From the NCBI GenBank assembly GCA_021414235.1, contig JAIOOV010000004.1, positions 254,456-318,455 of the forward strand: 64,000 nt of DNA. The letters run 5' to 3'. Source of the stretch: Candidatus Parcubacteria bacterium. Its GTDB lineage: Bacteria; Patescibacteriota; Minisyncoccia; Phycocordibacterales; JAKFXT01. Positions 49,001 to 56,981 of the stretch are shown in pieces; positions within the stretch are counted from its first letter, which is position 1, and the number at the start of each line of letters is the position of its first letter. The notes below the pieces were generated by a model. It was not told where the DNA came from and did not search any database. It was given only the letters and a program-made list of their open reading frames with translations. The position numbers were made by a program, and so were the translations under genes.

Positions 49001-52000
49001 CGACGACTCCGAGCGGTACCACTACTGTCACCCAGGGTGCTTCTGTCTCTTTCGCTCTGACTCCGAATGCAGGAAATACTCTCAATCAGATTCTCATCGA
49101 TGGTGTAGCGGTTGCAACCTCGAGTGTCTACACATTCACGAACGTACAGGCGACGCACACCCTCGAAGCGATTTACTCCACGAGCGGCGTTGCCTCATAC
49201 CAGATCGTCGCCACTTCTACTGGTAACGGGGGAGTGAGCCCGGCTGCCACTTCCACTGTCTCTCAGGGATCTAACTTCTCTGTGACGGTGACTGCAAACT
49301 CTGGTAACGAGATTTCTTCCATCCTTGTTGATGGCGTTTCCTATGCAACGACCTCGCCGACTTCGACGGTGGTTTCCTTCTCTGACGTTCAGGCGAACCA
49401 CACTGTAGGTGTGACCTTCGCAGCCATCACTGGCGCTCCGACTTTCCCGATCGTAGTCACCTCGACTGGTAATGGTACGGCGACTCCATCTGGCACCTCT
49501 ACTATCAGCCAGGGTGCTTCTGCTTCTTTTAATCTCACCCCGAACGCAGGCAACACCCTCACCCAGCTCCTCATTGATGGTGCCTCTGTCGCTACGACTT
49601 CGGTATATACGTTCAGCAACGTAACTGCTTCCCATACCCTTGAGGCCATCTACTCCACGACGGGTGCAGTGAGCTTCCAGATAGTGGCAACTTCGACTGG
49701 TTATGGCACGACTACACCTGCGGCGACTTCTACTGTCTCTCAGGGTTCTAGCTTCTCCGTCACGGTGACGGCGAACGCTGGTCAGGAAATCGCTTCTCTT
49801 CTTGTGGATGGAGCTGCATACGCCACCACCTCTCCGACTTCCACTATTGTGACCTTCACTAATGTGCAGGCTGACCACACGGTAGGTGCTACGTTCCAGA
49901 CTGCCGCTGATGCACTCTCGTTCCCGATCATCATCACTTCGACCGGTAACGGCACAACGACTCCCTCGGGCACCTCTACGGTTGCTCAGGGTACTTCGGC
50001 TTCCTTTGCTCTCACTCCGAACGCAGGTAACACGCTGACTCAGCTTGTCGTTGATAATGTGTCTGTACCGACGACTTCTCTCTATACGTTCACCAACGTC
50101 CAGGCAACGCATACTCTCCACGCGATCTACTCTTCGACGGGAGCCGCGAACTTCCAGGTCGTAGCCATCTCGACTGGCAATGGTTCTGTATCACCGGCCG
50201 CGACTTCTACAGTGAGCCAGGGTTCCAGCTTCTCCGTCACTGTGACCGCTAACAGCGGCAACGAGATCGCCTCGATTCTCGTTGATGGTGCCCTCGTTGC
50301 GACGACCTCGGCTACCACTACGACCATCACCTTCACTAATGTGCAGGCTGACCACACGGTTGGTGCTACGTTCCAGGGTGTCGTCGGAGCGCCGACGTAT
50401 CCCATCACGGTAACCTCGGCAGGGAACGGCACCACTACTCCGTCTGGCACGACGACTGTGGCAGAGGGGAGTGCGGCCTCTTTCACTCTGACTCCGAACG
50501 CGGGTAATACCATTGATCAGCTCTTGATCGACGGTGTTTCCGTGGCGACCACCACTCTCTATACCTTCTCTAATGTCACCGCCTCCCATACTGTTCATGC
50601 GATCTACTCTTCGACCGGCGCCTCTTCCTTCCAGGTTGTGGCCACTTCGACTGGAAGCGGCAGCGTAAGTCCGTCTGCCACCAGCACGGTTTCGCAGGGT
50701 GCATCCCAGTCTGTGGTCATCACCGCCAATGTGGGCAACGAAATCGCCTCCATCCTCGTGGATGGTGCAGCAGTTGCTACCACTTCTGCTACCACCACTA
50801 CGGTGACCTTCACGAACGTACAGGCTGACCATACGGTGGGCGTGACCTTCGCACCCATCTCCGGGGCTCCTACCTACGCTATTCTTGTGACTTCTACCGG
50901 CAACGGAACCTCGACTCCGTCTGGTACCACTACCGTGACTCAGGGTGCGTCCGCCTCTTTCAATCTCACCCCGAACGCTGGTAACACCCTCACCCAGCTC
51001 CTCATTGATGGAGCGGCGGTTGCCACCACCTCTCTCTATACCTTCTCCAGCGTAACGGCCTCTCATACCCTCGAAGCGATTTACTCTTCGACGGGCGTTG
51101 CGAACTTCCAGCTTGTCGCTACCTCCACGGGTAATGGCTCGGTGACTCCGTCTGCTACCACCACGGTTTCGCAGGGTACGACTCAGACCGTTACAATTAC
51201 TGCGAATAGCGGTAATGAGATCGCTTCCATCCTTGTGGATGGCGTGACCTACGCCACCACGTCTCCGACTTCTACGGTCGTGGCCTTTGCTGATGTCCAG
51301 GCGAATCACACGGTGGGTGTGGTGTTTGCTCCGGCTGCGAGTGCGCTCGCGTTTCCGATCACTGTCACCTCGACGGGGAACGGCACCACTACACCTTCTG
51401 GTACGACGACCGTAACCCAGGGTGGATCCGCAACCTTCACCATCTCTCCTAACGTCGGAAATACCATCCAGTCTGTCACGGTGAACGGCTCGGTCATCGC
51501 CACGACCACTTCCTATACCTTCTCTAATGTCCAGGCGACGGGTACACTCGCGGTCGTCTTTGCGACGATCAGTGGCGCGCCTTCCTTCGATATCGTAGCG
51601 ACTTCCTCTGTAAACGGTTCCGTAAGTCCTACCGGCACGACTACGCTCGCACAGGGCGGCAGCCAGACCTATGTCTTCACTCCGGATTCCGGATATATGG
51701 TGACGGGTCTCATGGTGGATGGGGGAGCGGTCTCCACTTCGACTTCGTATACCTTCTCTGATGTGCAGGCAGGTCACACCCTCTCCGTGACCTTCGGTCT
51801 TGCCCCTGATTTCAGTCTTCCTTCCACGCCGAACATCGTCTCTTCTTCGCATGCGACCGCCACTCTCTCGAATGTCGCGTCCATCTCCGTGACCTGGTCT
51901 GATGCGACGGATGTAGGCTCCGGTATCGCCGGCTATTCCTATATCTTCGACACCGCGAGCACGACAGTACCAGATGACATCGTGGATATTGCTGCGACCA

Positions 52001-54285
52001 CCACTTCTACTTCCACTCTTGCGTACGGCACCTACTACTTCCACGTGAAGGCGATCGATGCTTCTGGAAATGTCTCTACGACGACCCACTACGGACCGAT
52101 CGTGACCTCGAATGCGGATGTCTTCATCGTGAATTCGACTCTTGGCGGCATCTACTACGATTTCTATGCGCCGACTCTCGCAAGTTCGACTGCAGCGTCC
52201 ACTACCGGCAGCACCCGCATCACGGATTCCACTCTCACCACCTGGTGGCAGATTGCGAGCTCCTCGCTCTATGGCGTGACGCTCGACAATGCTGAGCTGA
52301 CCCTTACGAACGCGACCAGCTCGTCCATCACCAATTCCATACTCACGAGCTGTTCCGTGATCAATTCCACGGTCAAGAACTACATGGGCTCGAACTGCAC
52401 CATCAGCAATTCCATCGTCGACCCTCCGTCAGGCTTCAACAATCTCACTGGCTCCACGGTGACCAATTCGCCGGTGTATGCCTCGGACGTCCTCTACTCG
52501 AACGTGACCGATTCCTCGGTCTCTACTTCGACGGTGACTAACTCGACCCTTACGAACGCCACGACTACGTTCTCGAGCATCGCTACTTCCACGGTGACGA
52601 ACAGCACTTTCGCGACAGCGACTTCGACCAACAGCACGATCACCGGCGCAACTCTCGCTGATGCGAATGTGGCTACCTCGACCGTCTCTAACGCGAACGT
52701 AGCTACGAGCACCATTGCTCTCTCCACTATTTCCGGAGGCTCCGTCTCGAGCTCTACGGTTTCCTCTGTCTCTGCGACTAACAGCACTATCGCAAGCTCC
52801 ACGCTCTCGAATGCGACGACGACCTCTTCGACTCTCACGAACGTCGAAGTGACGAACGGCACGACTACGGGCAGCACCATTACTGGCGGCACTCTCTCCA
52901 ATGCATCCGTCTCTTCTTCTACTCTGACTGATGCGGTTATCAACAACGGAAGTACGACCAACAGCACGATCACTGGTGGCTCAGTAACGAACGCATCCGT
53001 CTCTTCTTCGACCATCTCGAATACCACGGTTGCTACCTCCACTCTGACTAACGTGACTCTGGCTTCCACCACAGTGACCAATTCGACCATGTCGAGTTCC
53101 ACGCTCTCGGATGCGACCGTTACAGACTCGACTCTCTCGAACGTGACCATCATCGGCACGGGCTCCGTGATCACCAACTCCAACCTGGCCTCGACCACGG
53201 TCTCTAACGCGGTCATCATCGATGGCGTCATGAGTTCTGGTACCATCACGCTTCCGTCGGGAGCTACGACTACCATCACGAGCTCTACCTCGCTTACGAA
53301 CCTGGTCAACTACGCTCCGGCCGCAGGCTTCACTGCTTCCGCAAGTGACCTCACGGGCACGTTTACGGATACGAGCACTGACTCGAACTCTGGCACTTCT
53401 CTCGGGGATAGCTGGACGTATGTCTGGAGCTTCGGCGACGGCTCCTACGCGACTACCTCAAACTCTGCCTCTCTCGGTCAGAACAAGAGTCATGCGTACG
53501 CTTCTGCAGGAACTTACACTGTCCTCCTCACGCTCACTGATGCATACGGCGGCGTGTCTACTTCCTCGGCTTCCGTCACGGTCACTGCTCCAGTGGTGGT
53601 CACGCCCGCTCCTTCAGGCGGTGGTGGCGGCGGGGGCAATCCTTCCGGCAACCTCGGGGCATACTTCAATCCGAACTTCGTAAATCCGAACGCTCCGGTA
53701 GTCCCTGTTGTGCCACCGGTGACCCCTGTGACTCCGTCTGTTCCCGCTGTTCCTCCCATCATTGTCACTCCCGGACTCACTCCTGATGTCTTCACTCGCA
53801 CTCTCAAGGTCGGCACCCGCGGCGAGGATGTCACCATCCTCCAGAGGCAGCTGATCCGTGAGGGCGTGTATGCAGGCCCGGTGACCGGCTACTTCGGAGC
53901 CCTCACGCAGGCGGCTGTGCGCCGCTACCAGCTGAAGCAGGCTATCCCTGTCATCGGCATCGTGGACTTCCTCACCCGCAGCATTCTCAACGAAGCCATT
54001 GCTCTTGAGGGCCTTCCGACCGGGAATCCCGTCATTGTCACTCCAGTTGCTCCGACGCCTGTAGAACCCAAGCCGGCAGCACCGGTCACTCCTAAGGCTC
54101 CGACGATACCTTCGAAGCCGCTTGCTCCTGCCGCACCGGTCACTCCTCCTGTGGTAGCGAAGCCTTCCGTTCCGCCTACCTCTGCTTCCATCTTTGAGGG
54201 AGTGAAGAGCGGCGCTTCGTCTCTCTTCAAGAAGGTGAAGGATGCCAAGACTCGCTTCGACAATCTCTTCATCATCGAACCGTAA
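43033..54285 (+). CDS. giant multidomain cell-surface protein (~3750 aa), domain architecture as given in the evidence field
   Basis: Single uninterrupted ORF (the tool ORF starts at GTG 42943; first in-frame ATG at 43033 with a GGAAAAGAG SD). N-terminus has a signal-like segment plus two further hydrophobic segments and a polyproline tract. Repeat modules match the pattern V..S.GNG.V.P.G...V.QG....T.TANAGNEI.S..VDG.....S.T...TF.NV.A.HTV...F. FN3-like segment: ISVTWSDATD...GYSY...YYFHVKAIDASGN. S/T/N-rich decapeptide-repeat (beta-helix-like) region. PKD motif WSFGDGSYATTSN...HAYASAGTYTVLLTLTDAYG. PG_binding_1 domain: GTRGEDVTILQRQLIREGVYAGPVTGYFGALTQAAVRRYQL. Confidence 0.85.
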   Translation: MEHPLFKGSFGTSYNHIASAKNFFKGFVFAVFVLTAFSPFSTLAEASVVLEKSEIVASQSTSVGAQISHVFETIYAGISTVGSDLLDVLEVPAAAAGVKLILIVAMLLSALAGFEKMLALLKGFGQAVRGRNRSLLVPVLKVALIMIVVFANVGVVPALFPAVAVQVAHADDDFAPPPPPPPPPPPPPPVEVCTDPTATNYNGSLPCTYPPTTCTDSAANNFGGALPCTYNPPPATSFTISASASGLGSISPSGSVSVTQGSAQTFTFTPNAGHEVSSVMVNGAAVATSTSYTFSNVQANGTIAVTFAATPGAPTFPVVASVSGFGTITPSGTTSVALGTSQSYTFAASASSTLTDVLVDGVSVGAVSTYSFSDVAATHTISAIFSSYVITVSSSGNGSANPTGSVYVANGASETINFLPNAGNTVSSLIVDGLATATSTSYTFSNVTQDHTLAVTFAPGSSAASFQVVATSTGNGSISPSATTSVTQGATQSVTITANSGNEIASILVDGAAFATTSATTTTVTFSNIQANHSVGATFQVIPGAATFPITVTSSGNGTTTPSGITTVSQGATASFALTPNAGNTLSQLLVDGVSVATTSVYTFNNVTASHTLAAIYSSTGAATFSIVATSTGNGSVTPAATTTVSQGGSQSVVITANSGNEIASILVDGAVVATTSATTTTISFSNVQADHTVGVTFAPIAGVATFPIIVTSTGNGTTTPSGTTTVAQGSSASFTLTPNAGNTLNFLLIDGAAVATTSLYTFNNVQATHTLEAVYSTSGAASYQIVATSTGNGSVNPSATTTVSQGATQSVVITANSGNEISSILVDGAMYATTSATTTTVTFSDVQANHTVGATFAPIVGAPTYSIYVSSTGNGTTTPSGTSTISQGSSASFTLTPNAGNTLTQLLIDGASVATTSVYTFSNVTASHTLEAIYSSTGATSFQVVATSTGNGSVSPSATSTVAQGASISVTVTANAGNEIASILVDGATVATTSATSTTITFADVQANHTVGATFQLAAGAPVFPITVTSSGNGTTTPSGTSTISQGSSASFTLTPNAGNVLNQLLVDGVSVATTSVYAFNNVNATHTLHAIYSSTGASTFSIIATSTGNGGVSPAATSTVSQGSAFSVTVTANVGNEIASLLVDGVSYATTSPTSTVVTFSDIQADHTVGVTFQTAVGAPTFLIVVTSTGNGTTTPSGTTTVTQGASSSFTLTPNAGNTLTQLLIDGASVATTSVYTFSNVTASHTLEAIYSTGGGTTFQVVATSTGNGSVTPAATTTVSQGSSQSIVITANSGNEIASILVDGVSVATTSATTTTIMFADIQANHTVGVTFAAIAGAPTYAISVTSAGNGTTTLSGTSTVSQGSSASFTLTPNAGNTLSQLLVDGVSVATTSIYTFSNVTASHTLHAVYSSTGLATFSVIATSTAGGSVTPSATSTVSQGSNFSVTVTANNGNEIASLLVDGAVVATTSATTTTVTFSNVQANHTVGVVFQPLVGAPTYPITVTSAGNGTTTPSGTTIVTQGGSATFTLTPNAGNVLSQLLVDGSSVATTSAYTFSDVTATHTLHAIYSSTGAANFQIVATSTGNGSVTPSATSAVSQGSAFSVTVTANAGNEIASILVDGALVATTSATTTTINFTNVQANHTVGATFQVITGASTYPITVTSAGNGTTTPSGTSTIAQGSSASFILTPNAGNTLDQLLIDGVAVATTTLYTFNNVNATHTLHAIYSSTGLTSFQIVATSTGNGSVTPAATTTVSQGSSQSVVITANAGNEITSILVDGAAFATTSATTTTVTFADVQANHTLGVVFAAAPSAVTFPITVTSTGNGAATPSGTTAVLQGNSFSVTLMPNAGNTLDSLLVDGVSVATTSVYTFTNVQATHTLQAIYSATGATSFQVVATSTGNGSVSPSATTTVSQGASQSVIITANAGNEITSILVDGASYATTSATTTTVTFANMQANHTVGVVFAPAVPVVSFPITITSTGNGTTTPSGTTTVTQGASVSFALTPNAGNTLNQILIDGVAVATSSVYTFTNVQATHTLEAIYSTSGVASYQIVATSTGNGGVSPAATSTVSQGSNFSVTVTANSGNEISSILVDGVSYATTSPTSTVVSFSDVQANHTVGVTFAAITGAPTFPIVVTSTGNGTATPSGTSTISQGASASFNLTPNAGNTLTQLLIDGASVATTSVYTFSNVTASHTLEAIYSTTGAVSFQIVATSTGYGTTTPAATSTVSQGSSFSVTVTANAGQEIASLLVDGAAYATTSPTSTIVTFTNVQADHTVGATFQTAADALSFPIIITSTGNGTTTPSGTSTVAQGTSASFALTPNAGNTLTQLVVDNVSVPTTSLYTFTNVQATHTLHAIYSSTGAANFQVVAISTGNGSVSPAATSTVSQGSSFSVTVTANSGNEIASILVDGALVATTSATTTTITFTNVQADHTVGATFQGVVGAPTYPITVTSAGNGTTTPSGTTTVAEGSAASFTLTPNAGNTIDQLLIDGVSVATTTLYTFSNVTASHTVHAIYSSTGASSFQVVATSTGSGSVSPSATSTVSQGASQSVVITANVGNEIASILVDGAAVATTSATTTTVTFTNVQADHTVGVTFAPISGAPTYAILVTSTGNGTSTPSGTTTVTQGASASFNLTPNAGNTLTQLLIDGAAVATTSLYTFSSVTASHTLEAIYSSTGVANFQLVATSTGNGSVTPSATTTVSQGTTQTVTITANSGNEIASILVDGVTYATTSPTSTVVAFADVQANHTVGVVFAPAASALAFPITVTSTGNGTTTPSGTTTVTQGGSATFTISPNVGNTIQSVTVNGSVIATTTSYTFSNVQATGTLAVVFATISGAPSFDIVATSSVNGSVSPTGTTTLAQGGSQTYVFTPDSGYMVTGLMVDGGAVSTSTSYTFSDVQAGHTLSVTFGLAPDFSLPSTPNIVSSSHATATLSNVASISVTWSDATDVGSGIAGYSYIFDTASTTVPDDIVDIAATTTSTSTLAYGTYYFHVKAIDASGNVSTTTHYGPIVTSNADVFIVNSTLGGIYYDFYAPTLASSTAASTTGSTRITDSTLTTWWQIASSSLYGVTLDNAELTLTNATSSSITNSILTSCSVINSTVKNYMGSNCTISNSIVDPPSGFNNLTGSTVTNSPVYASDVLYSNVTDSSVSTSTVTNSTLTNATTTFSSIATSTVTNSTFATATSTNSTITGATLADANVATSTVSNANVATSTIALSTISGGSVSSSTVSSVSATNSTIASSTLSNATTTSSTLTNVEVTNGTTTGSTITGGTLSNASVSSSTLTDAVINNGSTTNSTITGGSVTNASVSSSTISNTTVATSTLTNVTLASTTVTNSTMSSSTLSDATVTDSTLSNVTIIGTGSVITNSNLASTTVSNAVIIDGVMSSGTITLPSGATTTITSSTSLTNLVNYAPAAGFTASASDLTGTFTDTSTDSNSGTSLGDSWTYVWSFGDGSYATTSNSASLGQNKSHAYASAGTYTVLLTLTDAYGGVSTSSASVTVTAPVVVTPAPSGGGGGGGNPSGNLGAYFNPNFVNPNAPVVPVVPPVTPVTPSVPAVPPIIVTPGLTPDVFTRTLKVGTRGEDVTILQRQLIREGVYAGPVTGYFGALTQAAVRRYQLKQAIPVIGIVDFLTRSILNEAIALEGLPTGNPVIVTPVAPTPVEPKPAAPVTPKAPTIPSKPLAPAAPVTPPVVAKPSVPPTSASIFEGVKSGASSLFKKVKDAKTRFDNLFIIEP
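43743..51800 (+). repeat. coding tandem repeat array (~16 units of ~480 nt, each unit being two ~80-aa domains) inside the giant gene
   Basis: Recurring nucleotide blocks such as ttccaggt(c/g)gt(a/g)gc(c/a)ac(t/c)tc(g/t)ac(t/c)gg(c/t)aa(c/t)gg and actccgaacgcaggcaa; all antisense ORFs across this span are artifacts. Confidence 0.85.
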
Positions 54286-54293
54286 TCAAAAAG

Positions 54294-54330
54294 AAAAAGC
54301 CCCGCGCACTGCGCGGGGCTTTTTCTTTTC
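54294..54330. terminator. bidirectional intrinsic terminator, copy 1 of a repeated 30-nt element
   Basis: AAGAAAAAGCCCCGCGCA-ct-GCGCGGGGCTTTTTCTTTTC. Confidence 0.8.
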
Positions 54331-54332
54331 AG

Positions 54333-55049
54333 TTACTTTATCAACGTCTCCACGACCTCCTTCATGTCTGCGTAGGGAAGCGCTCCTTCAAGCGGGATCT
54401 TGTCACCGTTCTTGGTGAGGATCACACTGTAGGGCGTACCACGGGTTCCTGCGGAGATTCCATCCGCATGGTCAGCGTCCACCTTGGCTTTGGTGCGGCG
54501 CTCGCTAGTGCACTTGGCGAAGGCGGCTGCGTCGAGGCCAGCATATGCGGCGATCTTGGGGAGTTCCGCGGCGTCCAAGCCGTCATTTGAGGGGGTGATT
54601 TCGTAGAGGCGATCAGCGTACTTCCAGAAGGCAGTATTGCCTCCGAGCTCGGCGGCGCATTCGATGGCTTCGGCTTCCGCCTGGGCTTTAGTGTGAAGTT
54701 CTGGGATGGGGAAGTGGCGATACACCCAAGCGACGGATCCGTTCGCTCCGTACTCGCTCATGATGCGCTTCATGGTGGCATGGAAGCTCTTACAGAACGG
54801 ACACTCGGGGTCGGAATATTCTACGATCACTACCTTGGCATCCGGGTTTCCGAGGATGTGCTCATTCGCGCTGACTGCGCGAAGAGATATCTCCTGAGGA
54901 GTGCCCGGGGTCACTCCGGTAGAAGGAGTGCTGCGGGTGTAGAGGACAGAACCGGCGATGAGGACGCCGGCAAGCACGATGGCGATGGGGATTCCGAGCG
55001 AACTTTTAGTCTCTGGCATAGGGGTCGAAAAGCGATTAATGGACTGCAT
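54333..55049 (-). CDS. DsbA-like thiol:disulfide oxidoreductase, membrane-anchored
   Basis: TM anchor then thioredoxin fold with a CPFC active site; the tool ORF start (55115) is TTG; ATG candidates at 55049 and 55019. Confidence 0.7.
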   Translation of the reverse strand: MQSINRFSTPMPETKSSLGIPIAIVLAGVLIAGSVLYTRSTPSTGVTPGTPQEISLRAVSANEHILGNPDAKVVIVEYSDPECPFCKSFHATMKRIMSEYGANGSVAWVYRHFPIPELHTKAQAEAEAIECAAELGGNTAFWKYADRLYEITPSNDGLDAAELPKIAAYAGLDAAAFAKCTSERRTKAKVDADHADGISAGTRGTPYSVILTKNGDKIPLEGALPYADMKEVVETLIK

Positions 55050-55077
55050 TATATCATGCGCTATACTGAGCCTAATT

Positions 55078-55554
55078 ATGAAGGATTTACTCAATAAGAA
55101 GGCCCCGGATTTCAATCTGCTTGATCAGGATGGGAAGAAACACAAGCTCTCGGGGTACCGTGGGCAGCCAGTCCTCCTCTATTTCTACCCCAAGGACATG
55201 ACGCCGGGATGTACCATAGAGGCTGAGACATTTCAGGATCGCTCTAAGGAATATGCCAAAGCGGGTATCGTCATCCTCGGGATGAGTCCGGATACGCCGG
55301 AATCTCACAAGAAATTCTGTGATAAGCACAAGCTCTCTTTCACTCTCCTTGCGGACAAGGATCATCTGGTCGCGGAGAAGTATGGCGTTTGGGTAGAGAA
55401 GAGCATGTACGGTAAGAAATACTGGGGTGTGGAGCGTGATTCCTACCTCATCGACAAAGAAGGTAAGGTAGTCGCTCAGTATCAGAAAGTGAAGCCAGAA
55501 GAGCATCCGGAAGAGGTGCTCGCTGATGCCAAGCGTCTCGGGCTTACGAAATAA
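55078..55554 (+). CDS. bcp: thioredoxin-dependent thiol peroxidase Bcp (peroxiredoxin Q)
   Basis: APDFNLLDQDGKKHKLSGYRGQPVLLYFYPKDMTPGCT motif; 158 aa from MKDLLNKK. Confidence 0.85.
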   Translation: MKDLLNKKAPDFNLLDQDGKKHKLSGYRGQPVLLYFYPKDMTPGCTIEAETFQDRSKEYAKAGIVILGMSPDTPESHKKFCDKHKLSFTLLADKDHLVAEKYGVWVEKSMYGKKYWGVERDSYLIDKEGKVVAQYQKVKPEEHPEEVLADAKRLGLTK

Positions 55555-55557
55555 TCC

Positions 55558-56361
55558 ATGGATCTCTTTCAAGCGCTGATACTCGGCGTCGTCCAAGGGC
55601 TCACTGAGTTCCTGCCGGTCTCTTCTACGGGCCATCTTATTCTTGCTCGGGATATCCTCGGCATCAATGTGCCCTCAGGCCTTGCGGTGGACGCGGTGCT
55701 GCAGCTTGCCACTATCCTTGCGGTGGGAGTGTATTTTGCGCGCGATCTCTGGCGTCTCTTCCTTACTGGAGCGAAGTGGATCATGCGCCGAGCAGTATCG
55801 GATGAAGATCGTACGCTCCTCCTTGCTGTCATCTACGGCACCATCCCAGCCATCATTATCGGGTTGCTCCTCGAGAGCTATATGGAAACTGTCTTCCGGA
55901 GTGCGGGGCTGGTGGCGCTCATGCTTGTTGTAGGAAGTTTTCTGTTCCTCTTTGCTGAAAGGATCGCTACGCAGGCAGGCGCACTTACGCCCGGGAAGGG
56001 CTTCCTCATCGGTTTGTTTCAATGTCTCGCCCTCATCCCTGGTATGTCGCGCTCCGGCTCCACTATCGCCGGAGGCCTTATCCTCGGGCTTACTCGGGAG
56101 GCGGCCGCTCGCTTCTCCTTCATCCTCTCTTTTCCCATCATCGTAGGCTCTGGAGCCAAGAAATTCCTGGAGCTCTCTAACGAACACCTACTCGGTGCCA
56201 TGGGAGTGCCTCTCCTCATGGGCTCATTCGTTGCCTTCCTCGTGGGGCTCGCGGCGATTCATTTCCTCATCCGCTACCTGCGCACGCACAGCTTGGCCGT
56301 ATTTACGTACTATCGTTTCGCGCTCGCAGCTGCGGTCATCGCGTTTCTCTTTTTCCGCTAA
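55558..56361 (+). CDS. uppP: undecaprenyl-diphosphatase
   Basis: MDLFQALILGVVQGLTEFLPVSSTGHLIL and 8 TM helices. Confidence 0.9.
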   Translation: MDLFQALILGVVQGLTEFLPVSSTGHLILARDILGINVPSGLAVDAVLQLATILAVGVYFARDLWRLFLTGAKWIMRRAVSDEDRTLLLAVIYGTIPAIIIGLLLESYMETVFRSAGLVALMLVVGSFLFLFAERIATQAGALTPGKGFLIGLFQCLALIPGMSRSGSTIAGGLILGLTREAAARFSFILSFPIIVGSGAKKFLELSNEHLLGAMGVPLLMGSFVAFLVGLAAIHFLIRYLRTHSLAVFTYYRFALAAAVIAFLFFR

Positions 56362-56933
56362 AAGGGGAGGGTATAGGTGAGAGCGTTCTTCTCCTGGTTC
56401 TCCCATTTTGATGCATCGAGCTTTATCTCATTATTCACGCCTCCTTCCCTGAAGAAGAGCTTGTTGTTGGTGCGGGCGTACTCATACACCTCTTTGGTGA
56501 TCTTCACGTCTTCCAGGCAGTATTTGCGGAGGCTGTCCATGTCGCCCTGTTTCCACCAGGTGATGGCTTGGAGTCCGTGTCCGATCTTCTTCTTGCCGAG
56601 GGTGCCTTCGGCGACCTGGTCCAGGCTCATGCGACGACCGTAGTTATTCTTTATCTCCTTGAGGATATCGAGGCTCTTGATGGCAGTGAGGTCGCCGGGA
56701 TAGTATTTGTTAAGCAGTGGAACATCGAAGTGGTCGGAGTTGTAGCCAATGAGCATGTCTGCTTTCTCCAATATCTTCCAGAGCTTAGGAAAATCCGCTT
56801 CAAAGAAGCTCTCGTAGGAGTCGGTCTCTGAATCGTGGATGCAGACGATGGAGATATCAAGGAGAGCAGGGTCGTTGCGGCCGACGTCCTGGAAGAGATT
56901 CTTGGTTTCGATATCGAATACGATCTTGCGCAT
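56358..56933 (-). CDS. DEDD-type 3'-5' exonuclease (DnaQ/RNase D-like fold)
   Basis: Exo I VFDIETKN, Exo II ...LIGYNSDHFDVPLL..., Exo III-like C-terminal YxxxD region; 191 aa. Confidence 0.55.
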   Translation of the reverse strand: MRKIVFDIETKNLFQDVGRNDPALLDISIVCIHDSETDSYESFFEADFPKLWKILEKADMLIGYNSDHFDVPLLNKYYPGDLTAIKSLDILKEIKNNYGRRMSLDQVAEGTLGKKKIGHGLQAITWWKQGDMDSLRKYCLEDVKITKEVYEYARTNNKLFFREGGVNNEIKLDASKWENQEKNALTYTLPF

Positions 56934-56981
56934 GGAATATTAAAAGAAACACCAGTGTAGCATGAGCTACATTCGTTTGGG

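Noticed and set aside
43743-51800. Possible CRISPR array (regular repeats)
   Set aside because: The periodicity is ~480 nt of protein-coding repeat without spacer/repeat structure. No cas genes are present
44053-53309. Series of long minus-strand ORFs (up to 863 aa) and short plus-strand ORFs inside the giant gene
   Set aside because: They lie antisense or out of frame to a coherent 3750-aa ORF. Their low-complexity R/S/G-rich translations are by-products of a GC-rich, stop-poor tandem repeat
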